Positions 1-11,393 are shown, counted from the first letter of the stretch. The stretch: DNA of 64,000 nucleotides from an uncultured Candidatus Saccharibacteria bacterium (GCA_964579635.1 CAZOFV010000004.1:817-64816); one strand, 5' to 3'. Notes: generated by a model not told the origin, from the sequence alone. Translations and numbers: made by a program.

Positions 1-437
1 ATAATTGCCCCCCTTATATTATCTTGAGTCATCGCCTCATCTGGCAAAAAAACCACCGCTTTGTTTCTAGAAAACGGTCTAGGGAAAATCATATTTCCCA
101 GAAATAATGTTCGCAACCCTGGAGTAATGTCGCGAATTATTTTATAAAGCTTAAGTCTATTCTCAAGGTCGCCAATAGATTCTTCTTCTTCGTTTGTTAA
201 TGTAAAATCCGGCAATAAAGATTTTGACTTAACTAAAAGAAGGGTTGAGGCAATAACTATAAAATTGGCAATACTTCCAATTGAAGCGGTTGTCGTGCTT
301 TTTAAGAAATTTAAGTACTCATCAGTAACGCTTGCAAGCGATACTTCGTTTATAAAAAGTTTTCGTTTTTCAATGAGAGACAAGAGGAGCTCAACCGGCC
401 CTTCGAACGCATCAGTTTTAACACGATAGGTCTCCAT
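1..437 (-). CDS. scpA: segregation and condensation protein A (ScpA), N-terminal part; gene runs off the window edge
   Basis: Minus-strand translation from the ATG at 437 reads METYRVKTDAFEGPVELLLSLIEKRKLFINEVSLASVTDEYLNFL..., which matches the conserved ScpA N-terminus. There is no stop codon before position 1. This ORF is not in the supplied track. Confidence 0.55.
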   Translation of the reverse strand, partial: METYRVKTDAFEGPVELLLSLIEKRKLFINEVSLASVTDEYLNFLKSTTTASIGSIANFIVIASTLLLVKSKSLLPDFTLTNEEEESIGDLENRLKLYKIIRDITPGLRTLFLGNMIFPRPFSRNKAVVFLPDEAMTQDNIRGAI

Positions 438-443
438 TTTTAT

Positions 444-1787
444 TTAGTCTTCAATTTTTTTAGATAAAAGACTGTCGATACGATTCATGTCACGTGGGAA
501 AAGAGTTGCTTCTTTAACATTATCAAGCATTAAGAATTTTGCGGTCAAACGCTCAAGCCCCATTCCAAAACCACCATGTGGAGGCATTCCATACTTAAAC
601 GCTTGTAAGTAGTAAGAAAACTTCTCAACATCAAAACCACGATCTTTCATTCTCTCAACCAAAATATCATGATTATGTATACGCTGCCCCCCCGTTGTAA
701 TTTCTACCCCTCTAAAAAGAAGGTCGAAGCTTTTTGTATAACCTGGGTCAGCTTCATCTTCATATGTATAAACTGGTCTTTTTTTAACTGGGTAGTGTGT
801 AATAAAGATAAAATCTGAATTAAGATTTTTATTAGCATACTCACAAAGCCATCTCTCATGCTGTGGCTCAAGGTCTGGCTCATTTGTACAATCTACCCCA
901 GTACTTTCCGAAATAAGTTTCTGAGCTTCTCGAAGCTTCATTTTGGGAATATTTTCTGGAATAAGGGGTAATTCAGAATTCAGTAACTTAAATTCATTTA
1001 CACATTCTTTCTTTAGAGTGTCGCATATGTGGTGAAGTAAGGATGTTTCCATCTCCATTATCGTTGTGTGGTCTTTGATAAAACCCATTTCGGCGTCTAA
1101 ACTTGTATATTCATTTAAGTGCCGAGTAGTACTATGTTTTTCAGCGCGAAAAACTGTTCCGGCTGAAAAAACTTTCTCAAAAACACCAACCATTATTTGT
1201 TTATAGAATTGTGGGCTAGTTGCAAGATATGCAGAGCGATCATTAAAATAATCAACATGAAAAACCCCAGCGCCACCCTCAGCGTCTTCCCCAACTAATT
1301 TTGGTGCCTGAAATTCAATAAAACCATCCTTTGTAAGAAAATCTCTGTATGCTTTTACGATAGTTGCTTGAACCTTAAAAATAGCTCGCCTGCGAACATT
1401 GCGAAGTGTTAGTGGTAGATAATCAAGGTAGGTGTCTATGTTTAATTCTGCGTTAAGGTCAAATGGCATTTCTTCTGCTTTAGACAAAACCTCTACACCT
1501 GTTATTTCAATTTCAATATCACCGCTTTGTTCATCGTTATTTACCATTTTCTCCGGCCTTTTATTAACGATACCCTTAACTTCTAAAACCCACTCTAAGC
1601 GGACAGTGCTTGAGATACCATGTGCTTCTTCATGATTTGGCAAAGCAACCATCTGAACCTTTCCGCCAGCATCTCTTAAATCTATAAAAATAAGTTTTCC
1701 ATGATCACGGCGCACATCTACCCAGCCAGAAATTAAAACTTCCTCACCAATATGTTCACGAAGCTTGTCTATGTATGTCCTTTTCAT
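444..1787 (-). CDS. aspS: class IIb aspartyl/asparaginyl-tRNA synthetase (archaeal/eukaryal-type AspRS or AsnRS)
   Basis: 447 aa with an N-terminal OB-fold anticodon-binding region. Class II motifs are present: FRAE...(motif 2) and GGFGMGLERL (motif 3). The length fits the short AspRS/AsnRS type. Asp versus Asn specificity cannot be decided from sequence alone. Confidence 0.8.
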   Translation of the reverse strand: MKRTYIDKLREHIGEEVLISGWVDVRRDHGKLIFIDLRDAGGKVQMVALPNHEEAHGISSTVRLEWVLEVKGIVNKRPEKMVNNDEQSGDIEIEITGVEVLSKAEEMPFDLNAELNIDTYLDYLPLTLRNVRRRAIFKVQATIVKAYRDFLTKDGFIEFQAPKLVGEDAEGGAGVFHVDYFNDRSAYLATSPQFYKQIMVGVFEKVFSAGTVFRAEKHSTTRHLNEYTSLDAEMGFIKDHTTIMEMETSLLHHICDTLKKECVNEFKLLNSELPLIPENIPKMKLREAQKLISESTGVDCTNEPDLEPQHERWLCEYANKNLNSDFIFITHYPVKKRPVYTYEDEADPGYTKSFDLLFRGVEITTGGQRIHNHDILVERMKDRGFDVEKFSYYLQAFKYGMPPHGGFGMGLERLTAKFLMLDNVKEATLFPRDMNRIDSLLSKKIED

Positions 1788-1789
1788 AA

Positions 1790-2767
1790 TTATGTAGTTA
1801 TTAGTCCAACTTTTTCTCTAATCTCAACCATTTTTTCACGGGCGATTTTTTGTGCAACTTCCCTACCATCTTTAAGAGTTTGCATGATAAAAGCGTCATC
1901 CGCAATAATTTCTTTACGTTTTTCTCTAAGTGGAGCAATAAACTTTTCAATATTCTCAACTAATATTTCCTTAGATTCTTTGTAACCAATACCGCCCTTA
2001 CGATATCGCTCTTCAAGTAGAGATAAACCGTCTTCGCTAAATAGTTTGTGTAAGGCAAAAACATTACAAACTTCTGGATCTTTCTCCTCATCAACACCCT
2101 TTGAGTCTGTTGGAATAGACATCACTGCCTTTTTTATTTCTTCATATTCGGCAAAAAGCGGGATTGTGTTGTTATAGCTCTTGCTCATCTTTCTTCCATC
2201 TGTACCAACAACCGTTTTAACATCATCTAAAATGTAAGGTTCTGGCAGTTTGAATGTTTCCCCGTAGGCATAGTTGAATTTCTCTGCAATATCTCTTGCG
2301 TATTCAACGTGTTGTTTTTGGTCTTGCCCAACAGGAACAACATCGGCTCCATAAAGCAAAATGTCGGCAGCCATTAAAACTGGGTATTCGAAAGTTCCAA
2401 CATTTAACTCTTTATTTTTTGCTGCTGCATCTTTATATGCGTGCGCCCTCATGAGATATGGCATGGTAATTAAATTATTAAAAATTGCCATAAGCTCTGT
2501 AACCTCTGGAATATCAGATTGTAAGAATAATGTCGTTTGTTTTGGGTCAAGACCAATCGCAAGATATGTCGCAATAACATTTTTTGAGTTACTTAAAAGC
2601 TCTTCTTTTGTTGGATTATTAGTTAGTGCATGATAATTGGCCACAAAAACGAATCCTTTGTATTTATCCTGCAATAGAACAAACTGACGCATAGCGCCGA
2701 AATAGTTGCCAATATGTGGCTCCCCTGTTGGTTTTACCCCGGAAAGCATTATTTTCTTATCGGACAT
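1790..2767 (-). CDS. trpS: tryptophanyl-tRNA synthetase
   Basis: 325 aa. HIGH-type motif PHIGNYFGA and KMSKS motif (GRKMSKSY), in the class Ic TrpRS arrangement. Confidence 0.9.
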   Translation of the reverse strand: MSDKKIMLSGVKPTGEPHIGNYFGAMRQFVLLQDKYKGFVFVANYHALTNNPTKEELLSNSKNVIATYLAIGLDPKQTTLFLQSDIPEVTELMAIFNNLITMPYLMRAHAYKDAAAKNKELNVGTFEYPVLMAADILLYGADVVPVGQDQKQHVEYARDIAEKFNYAYGETFKLPEPYILDDVKTVVGTDGRKMSKSYNNTIPLFAEYEEIKKAVMSIPTDSKGVDEEKDPEVCNVFALHKLFSEDGLSLLEERYRKGGIGYKESKEILVENIEKFIAPLREKRKEIIADDAFIMQTLKDGREVAQKIAREKMVEIREKVGLITT

Positions 2768-2824
2768 GCTTGAAATAATAGCAAAATATGGCTTATTTTA
2801 AAAGCTTTTACCTTTTATTCTTAC

Positions 2825-4414
2825 TTAATTCAACGCAGGAAGTTCTATATAGAATGTTGAGCCCTTACCTTCTCCTTCGGAATTAACACCAATTGAACCT
2901 TTATGTGCTTCTATCATTTGTTTTGCAATATATAAACCTAACCCTGTACCATTTGCGTGCAATTTACTGACGTCATCTCCTCGGCTAAATTTTTCAAAAA
3001 GTCGTGTACGTAATTCCGGGGTAATACCAACACCAGAGTCTGTAACCATAACCTTAATTATTTTTTTCACAGAGTCTCTAGAAACATTCACCTTAACCGC
3101 TCCTTCCTTTGTATATTTTATTGCGTTATCAACTAAATTGAGTACAACTTGGCGAATTTTCAACAAATCTGCGTTTACAAAATAATCTTGAGCGTTATCA
3201 TTTTCAAAAGTTAGTCCGAGTTTTTTATTAAGCGCATTTGGGTAAAGCGAATCAACAATTTCTTTAGTTAACGCCGACAAATCAACTTTCTCAAAAGAGT
3301 ATTCCATTCTACCTTGCTCTAGGCGTGTAATGTTTAGCAAATCATCAACAATCCCAACAAGATTTTGAGCCGATTGAAAAATGCGCTCAACAGCCTCTCT
3401 TGTTTTTGGTTCAATAAAACCAAACGACCCCTCAAGAACCATAGATGTATATCCCTTAATGGCTGTAAGCGGACTTCTTAGTTGATGTGATGCAATAGAA
3501 ACGAATTCAGACTTTTGTTTATCAAGGAATTGCAATCTATCATTAGCCTTTTTTAGATCACCTGCAAGTAATTCAATCTGTTCGCGAGCCCTAACCTCTT
3601 TTGAAACACCACGAACAATGAGAATGCTAAAAAATGAAACCAGAGCTAAAAGCAAAGCCCTAATAAGCCAATCTTGTAACGTAACCGAGGTAAGCAAATT
3701 AAAGAAAAATAAAATAACAACACCACCGGCAAAAAGTTCTGTCGCGGCGGTCTTAAGGTCAAAAAACTTATATTTAATAATTGAATAACTAATAAAAAAT
3801 ATGTAAAGCAAAACAAAATAATTACCAAACGGGAAAATATTAAAAAATTGCGGTAGAAAATTCGTGATACCACCACTAAAACCGATAGCACCGGCGATTA
3901 TTTGTAAGCGTATTTGTGCGCGTAGGCGTTTATCAGTTTTGTGTTTCCAGTATGAGTTAAAAAGAAAAGCCAAAGATAACAAAACACACACAATAAAAAA
4001 AGCTGGAAACAATAGATAATAAGGCCCAGGATTTATCCAGAAAAAACCAAACTTATTTACAATGCCAATTTTAAAAAGTGGTGTTGTGCTTAAAAAGGCT
4101 AAAAATAATCCAACAATAAAAGTAATGAAAATTAACCATTTTTTTCTAATTGAAAGAAAACTTAAAATAAAATTAAGGTAAAGAACTGGAATAAAAATTG
4201 CTATCACATCAAGTGCGTATTGCCACAACATCGCAGTTTCAACATCTTTAGCTGAAGTTACTCCGTAAAGCGAGAATCCCCAAAACGCAATAAGGGATGA
4301 GAATAAAAACCAAGAACTGTTTAATTTTGCTTTTGTGTTGTTAACGTAAACAAATAAACCAAAGGTTAAACTTGCAAAAAATATGAGGATGCTTGAAATA
4401 TAAAAAAGATTCAT
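2825..4414 (-). CDS. sensor histidine kinase with a polytopic membrane N-terminus
   Basis: About 8 hydrophobic helices in the N-terminal half. The C-terminus has an H-box (SHQLRSPLTAIKGY) and HATPase_c G-boxes (GTGLGLYI). No response regulator is adjacent. Confidence 0.8.
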   Translation of the reverse strand: MNLFYISSILIFFASLTFGLFVYVNNTKAKLNSSWFLFSSLIAFWGFSLYGVTSAKDVETAMLWQYALDVIAIFIPVLYLNFILSFLSIRKKWLIFITFIVGLFLAFLSTTPLFKIGIVNKFGFFWINPGPYYLLFPAFFIVCVLLSLAFLFNSYWKHKTDKRLRAQIRLQIIAGAIGFSGGITNFLPQFFNIFPFGNYFVLLYIFFISYSIIKYKFFDLKTAATELFAGGVVILFFFNLLTSVTLQDWLIRALLLALVSFFSILIVRGVSKEVRAREQIELLAGDLKKANDRLQFLDKQKSEFVSIASHQLRSPLTAIKGYTSMVLEGSFGFIEPKTREAVERIFQSAQNLVGIVDDLLNITRLEQGRMEYSFEKVDLSALTKEIVDSLYPNALNKKLGLTFENDNAQDYFVNADLLKIRQVVLNLVDNAIKYTKEGAVKVNVSRDSVKKIIKVMVTDSGVGITPELRTRLFEKFSRGDDVSKLHANGTGLGLYIAKQMIEAHKGSIGVNSEGEGKGSTFYIELPALN

Positions 4415-4420
4415 ATTTGT

Positions 4421-5083
4421 TTACTTAAAAATCAAAATTGGCCAGTTTCTTTTTACCGCAATATTTCTTAAATTATTTGACGGGTTAACAACAAACGGGT
4501 GTTTAGCTAATTCTAACATGAAGATATCTGAAATGTGATCCCCGTATGCGTATACATTATCCAGTTCTATATTATTGTCTGATATATATTTTTTAATAAT
4601 ATTGCTTTTCTCAACACCATAAACAATTTGACCTTCAATTCTACCTGTAAGATTGCCGTCTTTTACCTCAAGGGTAGTCCCCTTAAAATCATCCACTGAA
4701 AGATATTCAGCAATTTTTTCCACCAAAATATCGACGGCGTTTGATATTAAAATTACGTGGAATTTCTTATCTTTTAGTTCATTAACTAATTTTATTCCAT
4801 CACTATAAAACCTATCTTTTAAGTCTTCGTTGAAAAACTCATTGATAATTTCTTTTACTTCTTGTTCTGACTTGCCACCAAAAAAGGAAAAAGCATATTC
4901 CATTATTTTTTTTGGGTTTTTTATAATATGTAATTTATACAAAACAAACCAAAAAATAATTTTAATGTAATAACAATTTTTAACGTACCCCTTTTTATAA
5001 ATAAATTTAAGCAAAGCTTCTTGGCTTTGACCTTTAATTAAAGTTCCATCAATATCAAAAACTGCTAAATTTTTTGTGGCCAT
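4421..5083 (-). CDS. HAD-superfamily hydrolase (HAD-IB / phosphoserine-phosphatase-like)
   Basis: N-terminal DIDGTL motif I, downstream YGDHISD motif, 220 aa. Confidence 0.6.
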   Translation of the reverse strand: MATKNLAVFDIDGTLIKGQSQEALLKFIYKKGYVKNCYYIKIIFWFVLYKLHIIKNPKKIMEYAFSFFGGKSEQEVKEIINEFFNEDLKDRFYSDGIKLVNELKDKKFHVILISNAVDILVEKIAEYLSVDDFKGTTLEVKDGNLTGRIEGQIVYGVEKSNIIKKYISDNNIELDNVYAYGDHISDIFMLELAKHPFVVNPSNNLRNIAVKRNWPILIFK

Positions 5084-5760
5084 GGTGGGTAAATTTTATA
5101 CGGGTAAGATTTTCCAGATAACTCAGAGATTCTTAACATTATCTTGTTTGTTATAATCTTAAAGGCTTTGCGGTTTAATTTACTTTTGTGATACACAGAA
5201 AGGTCTATAGGGCTCCCAATAATAATTTGGATGCTTTTTTTAATTTTTGGCTTTTCGTCAAAACGAGACATTACTTCATATGCACCTTTTATGCCAATTG
5301 GTATAACTGGGACGTTCCCGTGATAGGCGTATCTAGCTACCCCGATAAATGCCTCGAGCATTTTTTCTTTATGTGGAGAACGTGTCCCTTCTGGAAATAT
5401 TCCCACTAATTTACCGCGTTTTAAATGTGATTGTATTGAGGAATGTAAAAGATTTTTATTTTTACTAGTTCTTTCTACCTTTATTTGCCCCATTATTTTC
5501 ATAACAGGACGCCAAAAATAGCTGGAGAAAAATTTTTCTGCGGAAAGATAGTGTATATGTCGTGGGCACACTGCAATAAAACAAATAAAGTCAAAATAAC
5601 TTTGATGATTAAACGCTAATATAGCAGCTCCTTCTTTCGGTATATTTTCAAGTCCAGATACTCTTTTAATCCAAAATAACTTAACGAACGGGGAAAGAAA
5701 TATTCTTATTGTGTGGTAAGCAATTTCAAAAAACAAATTATCACGATGTGGTATTTTCAT
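5065..5760 (-). CDS. plsC: 1-acyl-sn-glycerol-3-phosphate acyltransferase (PlsC family)
   Basis: HX4D motif (NHQSYFDF) and FPEGTRS motif typical of lysophospholipid acyltransferases. Confidence 0.75.
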   Translation of the reverse strand: MKIPHRDNLFFEIAYHTIRIFLSPFVKLFWIKRVSGLENIPKEGAAILAFNHQSYFDFICFIAVCPRHIHYLSAEKFFSSYFWRPVMKIMGQIKVERTSKNKNLLHSSIQSHLKRGKLVGIFPEGTRSPHKEKMLEAFIGVARYAYHGNVPVIPIGIKGAYEVMSRFDEKPKIKKSIQIIIGSPIDLSVYHKSKLNRKAFKIITNKIMLRISELSGKSYPYKIYPPWPQKI

Positions 5761-5865
5761 CCTATTTTATGTAATGGTTTTTCGTGTCCTAAAAAAACAT
5801 CACCGGTCGGTACGAATTCATATCAAAATTATACCGTAAAAATACTAGAGATTCTAGGGATTTCG

Positions 5866-6252
5866 TTATAAATTCAACAATAAATTAAAATCGTCATCTT
5901 TTGTGGTTTTATTTTTTCGAATAAAACCACATTTAATACATTGGTGTGTAATTACATACTCCCCCGCCTTAACCTCAACCCCAATTGGTTCCATAGATCC
6001 TAAACAATCGGATTTTCTATCTCCTGGATTTATATCAACGTGTTTACTCCATAAACATTTTGGACAGTGGTTTGTATAACCATTTCCCTCAACAAAAAAG
6101 CCACATTCACTACAAGTAAAGTCTTCGATATTCCGCTTAAATTTTTTTGTTTTTATATTGAGAGTCAAGGTTAAAGCTAGTGATGAAAAATAATTATTAA
6201 AGATTTTTCGAAATAATATCCATAATCTTTTGCACCTCTGTTTTATAATCAT
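5866..6252 (-). CDS. RNHCP-domain zinc-ribbon protein
   Basis: Contains NHCPKCLWSKHVD plus two further CxxC pairs (CSECGFF, CIKCGF), resembling the RNHCP domain family. The annotated 5' end overlaps the upstream gene, so the true start may be internal. Confidence 0.5.
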   Translation of the reverse strand: MIIKQRCKRLWILFRKIFNNYFSSLALTLTLNIKTKKFKRNIEDFTCSECGFFVEGNGYTNHCPKCLWSKHVDINPGDRKSDCLGSMEPIGVEVKAGEYVITHQCIKCGFIRKNKTTKDDDFNLLLNL

Positions 6253-6841
6253 CGGTTAACGGAAAAACCGGGGTACCAAAGATTATCTTTATTCTCGCGC
6301 GACGAAAAATAAAATCACTTAATTTGATATTGAAAACACCCTTAATTGAAATCGGCACTATCGGCGCCTGTGAAGCCCTTGCTAGATATATCGCTCCACC
6401 GTGTGCGGGCAACAAATTTCCATCCTTAGTTTTTTCACCTTCCGGGAAAACTAACAAGGAGTGTCCTTTGTTTAAAATTTCTAGATGCTTCTTTAATGAT
6501 TTTTCGTAATCATGTTTTCCAACCAAAACACGATACGCGCCCCATATTTCGAAAAACCATTCACGATAGAAAAGCCACTTTAAAAAAGAGTGTCTGTCGT
6601 AAAACTCCTTCTCTCTTGATGTGTAGAAAGCTGGTGAGAATCGTGACAAAAATGGAAACGAGGCCGGTAACAATATTGGATCAAGTTCGCTACTATGATT
6701 ACTAACAAAAATAACTTTTCCTTTTAGGTTTTTCAAATTCTCAAATCCAATAATTTCAAAATGTCCAAAAAATTTTAGAAATATTCGAGTAGGCACCCAA
6801 ACTAGATTCTGTAGAAAAAAAGGTGGTAAAAATTCTTTCAT
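6197..6841 (-). CDS. lysophospholipid acyltransferase (PlsC-like), second copy
   Basis: HX4D (NHSSELD) and FPEGEKT motifs; 214 aa. Confidence 0.7.
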   Translation of the reverse strand: MKEFLPPFFLQNLVWVPTRIFLKFFGHFEIIGFENLKNLKGKVIFVSNHSSELDPILLPASFPFLSRFSPAFYTSREKEFYDRHSFLKWLFYREWFFEIWGAYRVLVGKHDYEKSLKKHLEILNKGHSLLVFPEGEKTKDGNLLPAHGGAIYLARASQAPIVPISIKGVFNIKLSDFIFRRARIKIIFGTPVFPLTDDYKTEVQKIMDIISKNL

Positions 6842-6845
6842 TTAT

Positions 6846-8285
6846 TTAATTATTCATTTGAACAGAAATGTTCTCGCCTGTCGTCTGTTTTTTGTTTAAA
6901 ACAACACGCTCAACAATGATTCCTAATAGCATACCAGTAATACTAGCCAAAAAGCCAACAATTATTGAAGGAACAATAAAATTCTCATCTGTGAAATGTT
7001 CAACGTATTGCCAAGAAAGCGCCCCGAGAAGCATTGCGAACATCGCCCCTAAGCTATTAGCCTTCTTTAAATACAAACCGGCGGCAAGTGGCACAAAAGC
7101 AGAAACAAGTGTTATTGAATACGCACCACCAACCAATTCGTAAATATTTCCTTGTTTAACTGCGAGCAATATTGCACCAGCAGAAATAACCAAAATCGAT
7201 ATTTTAATAAAACGCAACAAACGAATGTCAGATACACGTGGGAAAAATGGCTTAATAATATTTTCTGCAAGTAGTGTTGCAGGAGCAAGAAGCGCCCCCG
7301 AAGCAGTACTCATGATTGCTGAGAGTAATGCCCCATAAAATATTACCTGAGTAAATATGTTTGTATTATTAGCAATAAGAGTTGGTATTAAAAGCTGAGA
7401 ATCTGCCCCTGGGGCAACTAATTCCGGATAAAGTGTGCGAGCAGCAAGCCCTAAGAAAATCGGGATTAAAACAATTGTAAAATACAACACTCCGCCCACA
7501 ATCGCAGCCCACTTTGACACATCTGCTGATTTTGCAGACATCGCCCTTTGATAAACATCTTGCTGTGGAATTGAGCCGAGACCAATTGTCATTAATGCTG
7601 CGATAAACGCAAGCCAATCTTTAGTTGTGTGTTCTGGAATAATATTAAAAAATTCTGAAGGGGTTGCCACAATCACGTCATGAATACTTATTTTATAAGT
7701 TATTTCAATTAATATTGCGAAAAGCCCTAAAATAATTATTGTGGTTTGTATAAGGTCGTGCATGACAACTGACCACATTCCACCAATATACGTGTAAAGA
7801 ACGACAACCCCCGCTGCTATTAATAAACCACTTATGAAGGACATTCCAAAAACAAACTGCATGATAATACCGAGTGCAACAAACTGCGCTGCGACCCAGC
7901 CAAAATAAGTGACAGTTATGGCGATACTTAAAAGCATCGCGACTGTCTTGTTATAACGTTCAGCAAAGTAGTCTCCTATTGTTAGATGATTTAATGAATA
8001 TAATTTTTTTGCAAAAAATAAACCAATTAAAATAAGACATAATCCAGCGCCAAACGGATCTTCAATCACGTTTAGAAAACCACCCTCTGCCATTTTTGAA
8101 CTGGCCCCTAAAATAGATTCTGAGCCAAACCAAGTAGCAAAAACAGTGGCAAGTGCCATATAAAAAGGCAAGTTTCGCCCAGCTAAAACATAATCTTTTG
8201 AGTTCTTAACAAATCGTGAAGCATAAAAGCTCACTGGTATCATCGCAACAAGATATATAAATACTGATGCGCCGAGAATTGTCAT
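6846..8285 (-). CDS. sodium:solute symporter family (SSF) transporter
   Basis: 479 aa with about 13 predicted TM helices and SSF-like conserved segments (GRNLPF..., SESILG). Confidence 0.8.
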   Translation of the reverse strand: MTILGASVFIYLVAMIPVSFYASRFVKNSKDYVLAGRNLPFYMALATVFATWFGSESILGASSKMAEGGFLNVIEDPFGAGLCLILIGLFFAKKLYSLNHLTIGDYFAERYNKTVAMLLSIAITVTYFGWVAAQFVALGIIMQFVFGMSFISGLLIAAGVVVLYTYIGGMWSVVMHDLIQTTIIILGLFAILIEITYKISIHDVIVATPSEFFNIIPEHTTKDWLAFIAALMTIGLGSIPQQDVYQRAMSAKSADVSKWAAIVGGVLYFTIVLIPIFLGLAARTLYPELVAPGADSQLLIPTLIANNTNIFTQVIFYGALLSAIMSTASGALLAPATLLAENIIKPFFPRVSDIRLLRFIKISILVISAGAILLAVKQGNIYELVGGAYSITLVSAFVPLAAGLYLKKANSLGAMFAMLLGALSWQYVEHFTDENFIVPSIIVGFLASITGMLLGIIVERVVLNKKQTTGENISVQMNN

Positions 8286-8290
8286 TTTAT

Positions 8291-9370
8291 TTACATCCCT
8301 TCTCCCTTTAGGTCCTCTACTATGCCACGGGCTTTTTTGGATAGTTTATGAGGCAAAACAACTTTTATTTTCACAAGTAAATCTCCTCTTTGGTTGTTGT
8401 TACCCTGTGGGACACCCTTGCCCTTTAATCGAAGAACTTCTCCTGTATTAACGCCTTCTGGAATTTTCAAATCAATTTTCCCATCAAGAGTATCAATCGA
8501 ACGCTCTCCACCAAGCAATGCTTCTGTTAATTTAATATCTAGATTCATTGTTAGATTGTTTCCTTCGCGCTTCAAAATCTGATGTGGTAAGACGCTTATC
8601 TTGACGTACAAATCACCAGAAACACCTCGCTGAATAGCTTCGCCCATGCCAGAAAGACGGATCATTTCACCATTTTCAATTCCTGCTGGAACGTGAATAG
8701 AAATTTCTTCCTGCTTTCTAAGAATACCTTGACCTTTACAGGTTGAGCACTTTTCTTCTGGAATTGTGCCAGAACCCATACAAGAATTACATTCTCTCAC
8801 GCTCGTGAAAACGCCAATAAACGATTTCTTTGTCTCGCGAACTTTCCCTTGACCATTACATGTGTCGCATTTCTTGCGCTTTGTTCCCGGCTTTTCACCG
8901 TCTCCTTTACATGTCTCGCATAGTGCTCTTTTTGTTATCAAAACTTTACGAGTTGTTCCAAAAATTGATTCTGAAAAACTTACTGTTATTTCAATAGAAA
9001 TATCGGAGCCACGTCTTCCTTGTGCGCCACCACGGCCACCGTTAAATATTTCACTAAAAATATCTCCGAAACCACCGGCATTACTAAAATCAAAATCACC
9101 AAACTGCGATGGATCAAAACCGTGAAATCCTGATGCCCCTTGTTGCTGACCACTTCCATCGCTAAACACCTGGCCGTAAGTGTCGTATTCAGACCTTTTC
9201 TTTTCATTAGAAAGAACCTGGTAAGCCTCATTCACTTCTTTAAAGCGTTCTTCATCCCCTCCTTTTTTATCAGGATGATATTTGTGAGCTAGTTTATGAA
9301 AAGCTTTTTTTATTTCTTCTTTAGAAGCCTTTCGCTCAACTCCTAAAATTTGGTAGTAGTCTTTTTGCAT
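8291..9370 (-). CDS. dnaJ: molecular chaperone DnaJ
   Basis: J-domain with HPD (YHPDKK), a Gly/Phe-rich linker, and four CxxCxGxG zinc-finger repeats. Confidence 0.9.
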   Translation of the reverse strand: MQKDYYQILGVERKASKEEIKKAFHKLAHKYHPDKKGGDEERFKEVNEAYQVLSNEKKRSEYDTYGQVFSDGSGQQQGASGFHGFDPSQFGDFDFSNAGGFGDIFSEIFNGGRGGAQGRRGSDISIEITVSFSESIFGTTRKVLITKRALCETCKGDGEKPGTKRKKCDTCNGQGKVRETKKSFIGVFTSVRECNSCMGSGTIPEEKCSTCKGQGILRKQEEISIHVPAGIENGEMIRLSGMGEAIQRGVSGDLYVKISVLPHQILKREGNNLTMNLDIKLTEALLGGERSIDTLDGKIDLKIPEGVNTGEVLRLKGKGVPQGNNNQRGDLLVKIKVVLPHKLSKKARGIVEDLKGEGM

Positions 9371-9429
9371 AACGATTTAATTATACGGAATTATACATAA
9401 AAACAAATAAAGGTGAAGTTTAAGAAAAA

Positions 9430-9465
9430 CAAAAAAACCACTTATCAAAAAAGTGGTTTTTTTGT
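9430..9465 (-). terminator. intrinsic terminator between dnaK and dnaJ
   Basis: Hairpin aaccactt/aagtggtt flanked by an A-tract and a T-tract, immediately downstream of the dnaK stop. Confidence 0.6.
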
Positions 9466-9470
9466 TGATT

Positions 9471-11393
9471 TTATGATGTTTTATCTTCTGTTCCAGCGCC
9501 GCCTTCTTTAAAGTCGGCGTCGTGAATCTTATCTTCAGGAGTTCCTGTGCCACCATCTTTTGGCGCCTCCTCTTTAGTTCCGCTTTCTTGCTGTGCTTTC
9601 ATCATTGCCTCTCCTATTTTTTGCATTTCAAGAGAAAGCTCCGTTGAAGCCTTTTTAATAGCCTCAATATCTGTTCCATCTTTAACAGCCTTTAGTGCAT
9701 TAACTTTTTCTTCAACTGAAGTTTTTATTTCTGCTGGGACCTTGTCGCCTGCGTCACGAAGAGATTTTTCTGCAGTATAAACCATTATTTCTGAATCATT
9801 TTTAAGATCAGCAACTTCTTTTTTCTTGCGATCTTCGTCGGCGTGTAATTCAGCTTCTTTGGTCATTCTTTCAATATCAGCATCTGTTAAACCAGAACTT
9901 GCTTCAATGCGAATACTTTGTGTTTTGCCAGAAGTTTTTTCCTTAGCGGTAACGTTTAGAATTCCGTTGGCATCAACATCAAGAGAAACTTCAACCTGAG
10001 GCATTCCGCGTGGTGCTGGTGGCACTCCATCCAAAATAAATCTACCTAAAGATTTGTTGTCGGCAGCCATTGGTCGTTCACCTTGAACAATGTGTATTTC
10101 AACAGATGTTTGATTATCGGCCGCCGTTGAAAAAACTTGTGACTTTGATGTTGGTATTGTCATGTTTTTCTCAATAAGTTTTGTCGCAACACCACCGAAT
10201 GTTTCGATACCCAAAGAAAGCGGGATAACGTCGAGCAATAAAATATCGCGCACATCACCCTGTAATACACCAGCCTGAACTGCAGCTCCTGCTGCCACAA
10301 CTTCATCTGGGTTGATTGAACGGTTAGGCTCTTTTCCAAACAATTCTTTAACGGCAGCGATAATTGCTGGCATACGTGTTTGCCCGCCAACCATCACGAT
10401 TTCGTTAATTTCACCCATCTTAACTGGTGACTTTTCAAAAGCTCTTTTTGTAATTTCAATAGAGCGATCAATAAATTCACGAGCAAGCTCTTCTAGAGTC
10501 GAACGAGACATCTTAAGGAGAAGATGTTTTGGTCCTGATGCGTCTGAACTTATAAACGGAATGTTAATTTCCGATTCCATTGTTGTCGAAAGTTCGTGTT
10601 TTGCTTTTTCAGCAGATTCTTTTAATCTCTGAAGTGCTAAAACATCTTTAGTAATATCAATACCACTTTCTTTTTTAAATTGTTCTGCAATCCAAGCAAC
10701 AATCTTTTGATCAATATCTTCACCACCCATATGAGAATCCCCATCAGTTGCCTTAACCTCAATAACATCATCTCCAACTTCCAAAATAGAAACATCAAAA
10801 GTTCCTCCACCAAAATCGTAGACAACTATCTTCTCATTTTTCTTTTTATTAAATCCATATGCTAAGGCGGCGGCAGTCGGCTCATTAATAATGCGCTTTA
10901 CATCAAGGCCAGCAATTTTACCCGCATCTTTAGTTGCCTTGCGCTGTGAATCATCAAAATATGCTGGCACAGTAATAACCGCCTCTGTTACAGGCTCACC
11001 AATTTTAGCTTCCACGTCGTGCTTTATCTTCTGAAGAATCATCGCTGAAATTTCTTCAGGACGATAAAAATCTGCACCCATCTTAACCTTAACTCCTCCG
11101 CCTTCGTTTTCTTCAATAGCATATGGTGAAAAACTCTTATCTCGTTTTACTTCTGCATCATCAAAGCGGTGGCCCATAAGACGCTTGATTCCATAAACTG
11201 TATTTTCTGGATTTGTAACCGCTTGACGTTTTGCAAGTAAACCAACAAGTCTTTCTCCATTTTTAGCAAGCGCAACAACCGAAGGAGTTGTGCGATTACC
11301 TTCAATATTTTCAATTATTTTTGGAACGCCACCTTCTATTAAGGCGACGGCCGAATTTGTTGTTCCTAAGTCAATACCGATTATTTTTCCCAT
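9471..11393 (-). CDS. dnaK: molecular chaperone DnaK (Hsp70)
   Basis: 640 aa. Canonical Hsp70 N-terminus ([12 protein letters not shown]), DxGGGTFD motif, substrate-binding domain and acidic C-terminus. Confidence 0.95.
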   Translation of the reverse strand: MGKIIGIDLGTTNSAVALIEGGVPKIIENIEGNRTTPSVVALAKNGERLVGLLAKRQAVTNPENTVYGIKRLMGHRFDDAEVKRDKSFSPYAIEENEGGGVKVKMGADFYRPEEISAMILQKIKHDVEAKIGEPVTEAVITVPAYFDDSQRKATKDAGKIAGLDVKRIINEPTAAALAYGFNKKKNEKIVVYDFGGGTFDVSILEVGDDVIEVKATDGDSHMGGEDIDQKIVAWIAEQFKKESGIDITKDVLALQRLKESAEKAKHELSTTMESEINIPFISSDASGPKHLLLKMSRSTLEELAREFIDRSIEITKRAFEKSPVKMGEINEIVMVGGQTRMPAIIAAVKELFGKEPNRSINPDEVVAAGAAVQAGVLQGDVRDILLLDVIPLSLGIETFGGVATKLIEKNMTIPTSKSQVFSTAADNQTSVEIHIVQGERPMAADNKSLGRFILDGVPPAPRGMPQVEVSLDVDANGILNVTAKEKTSGKTQSIRIEASSGLTDADIERMTKEAELHADEDRKKKEVADLKNDSEIMVYTAEKSLRDAGDKVPAEIKTSVEEKVNALKAVKDGTDIEAIKKASTELSLEMQKIGEAMMKAQQESGTKEEAPKDGGTGTPEDKIHDADFKEGGAGTEDKTS

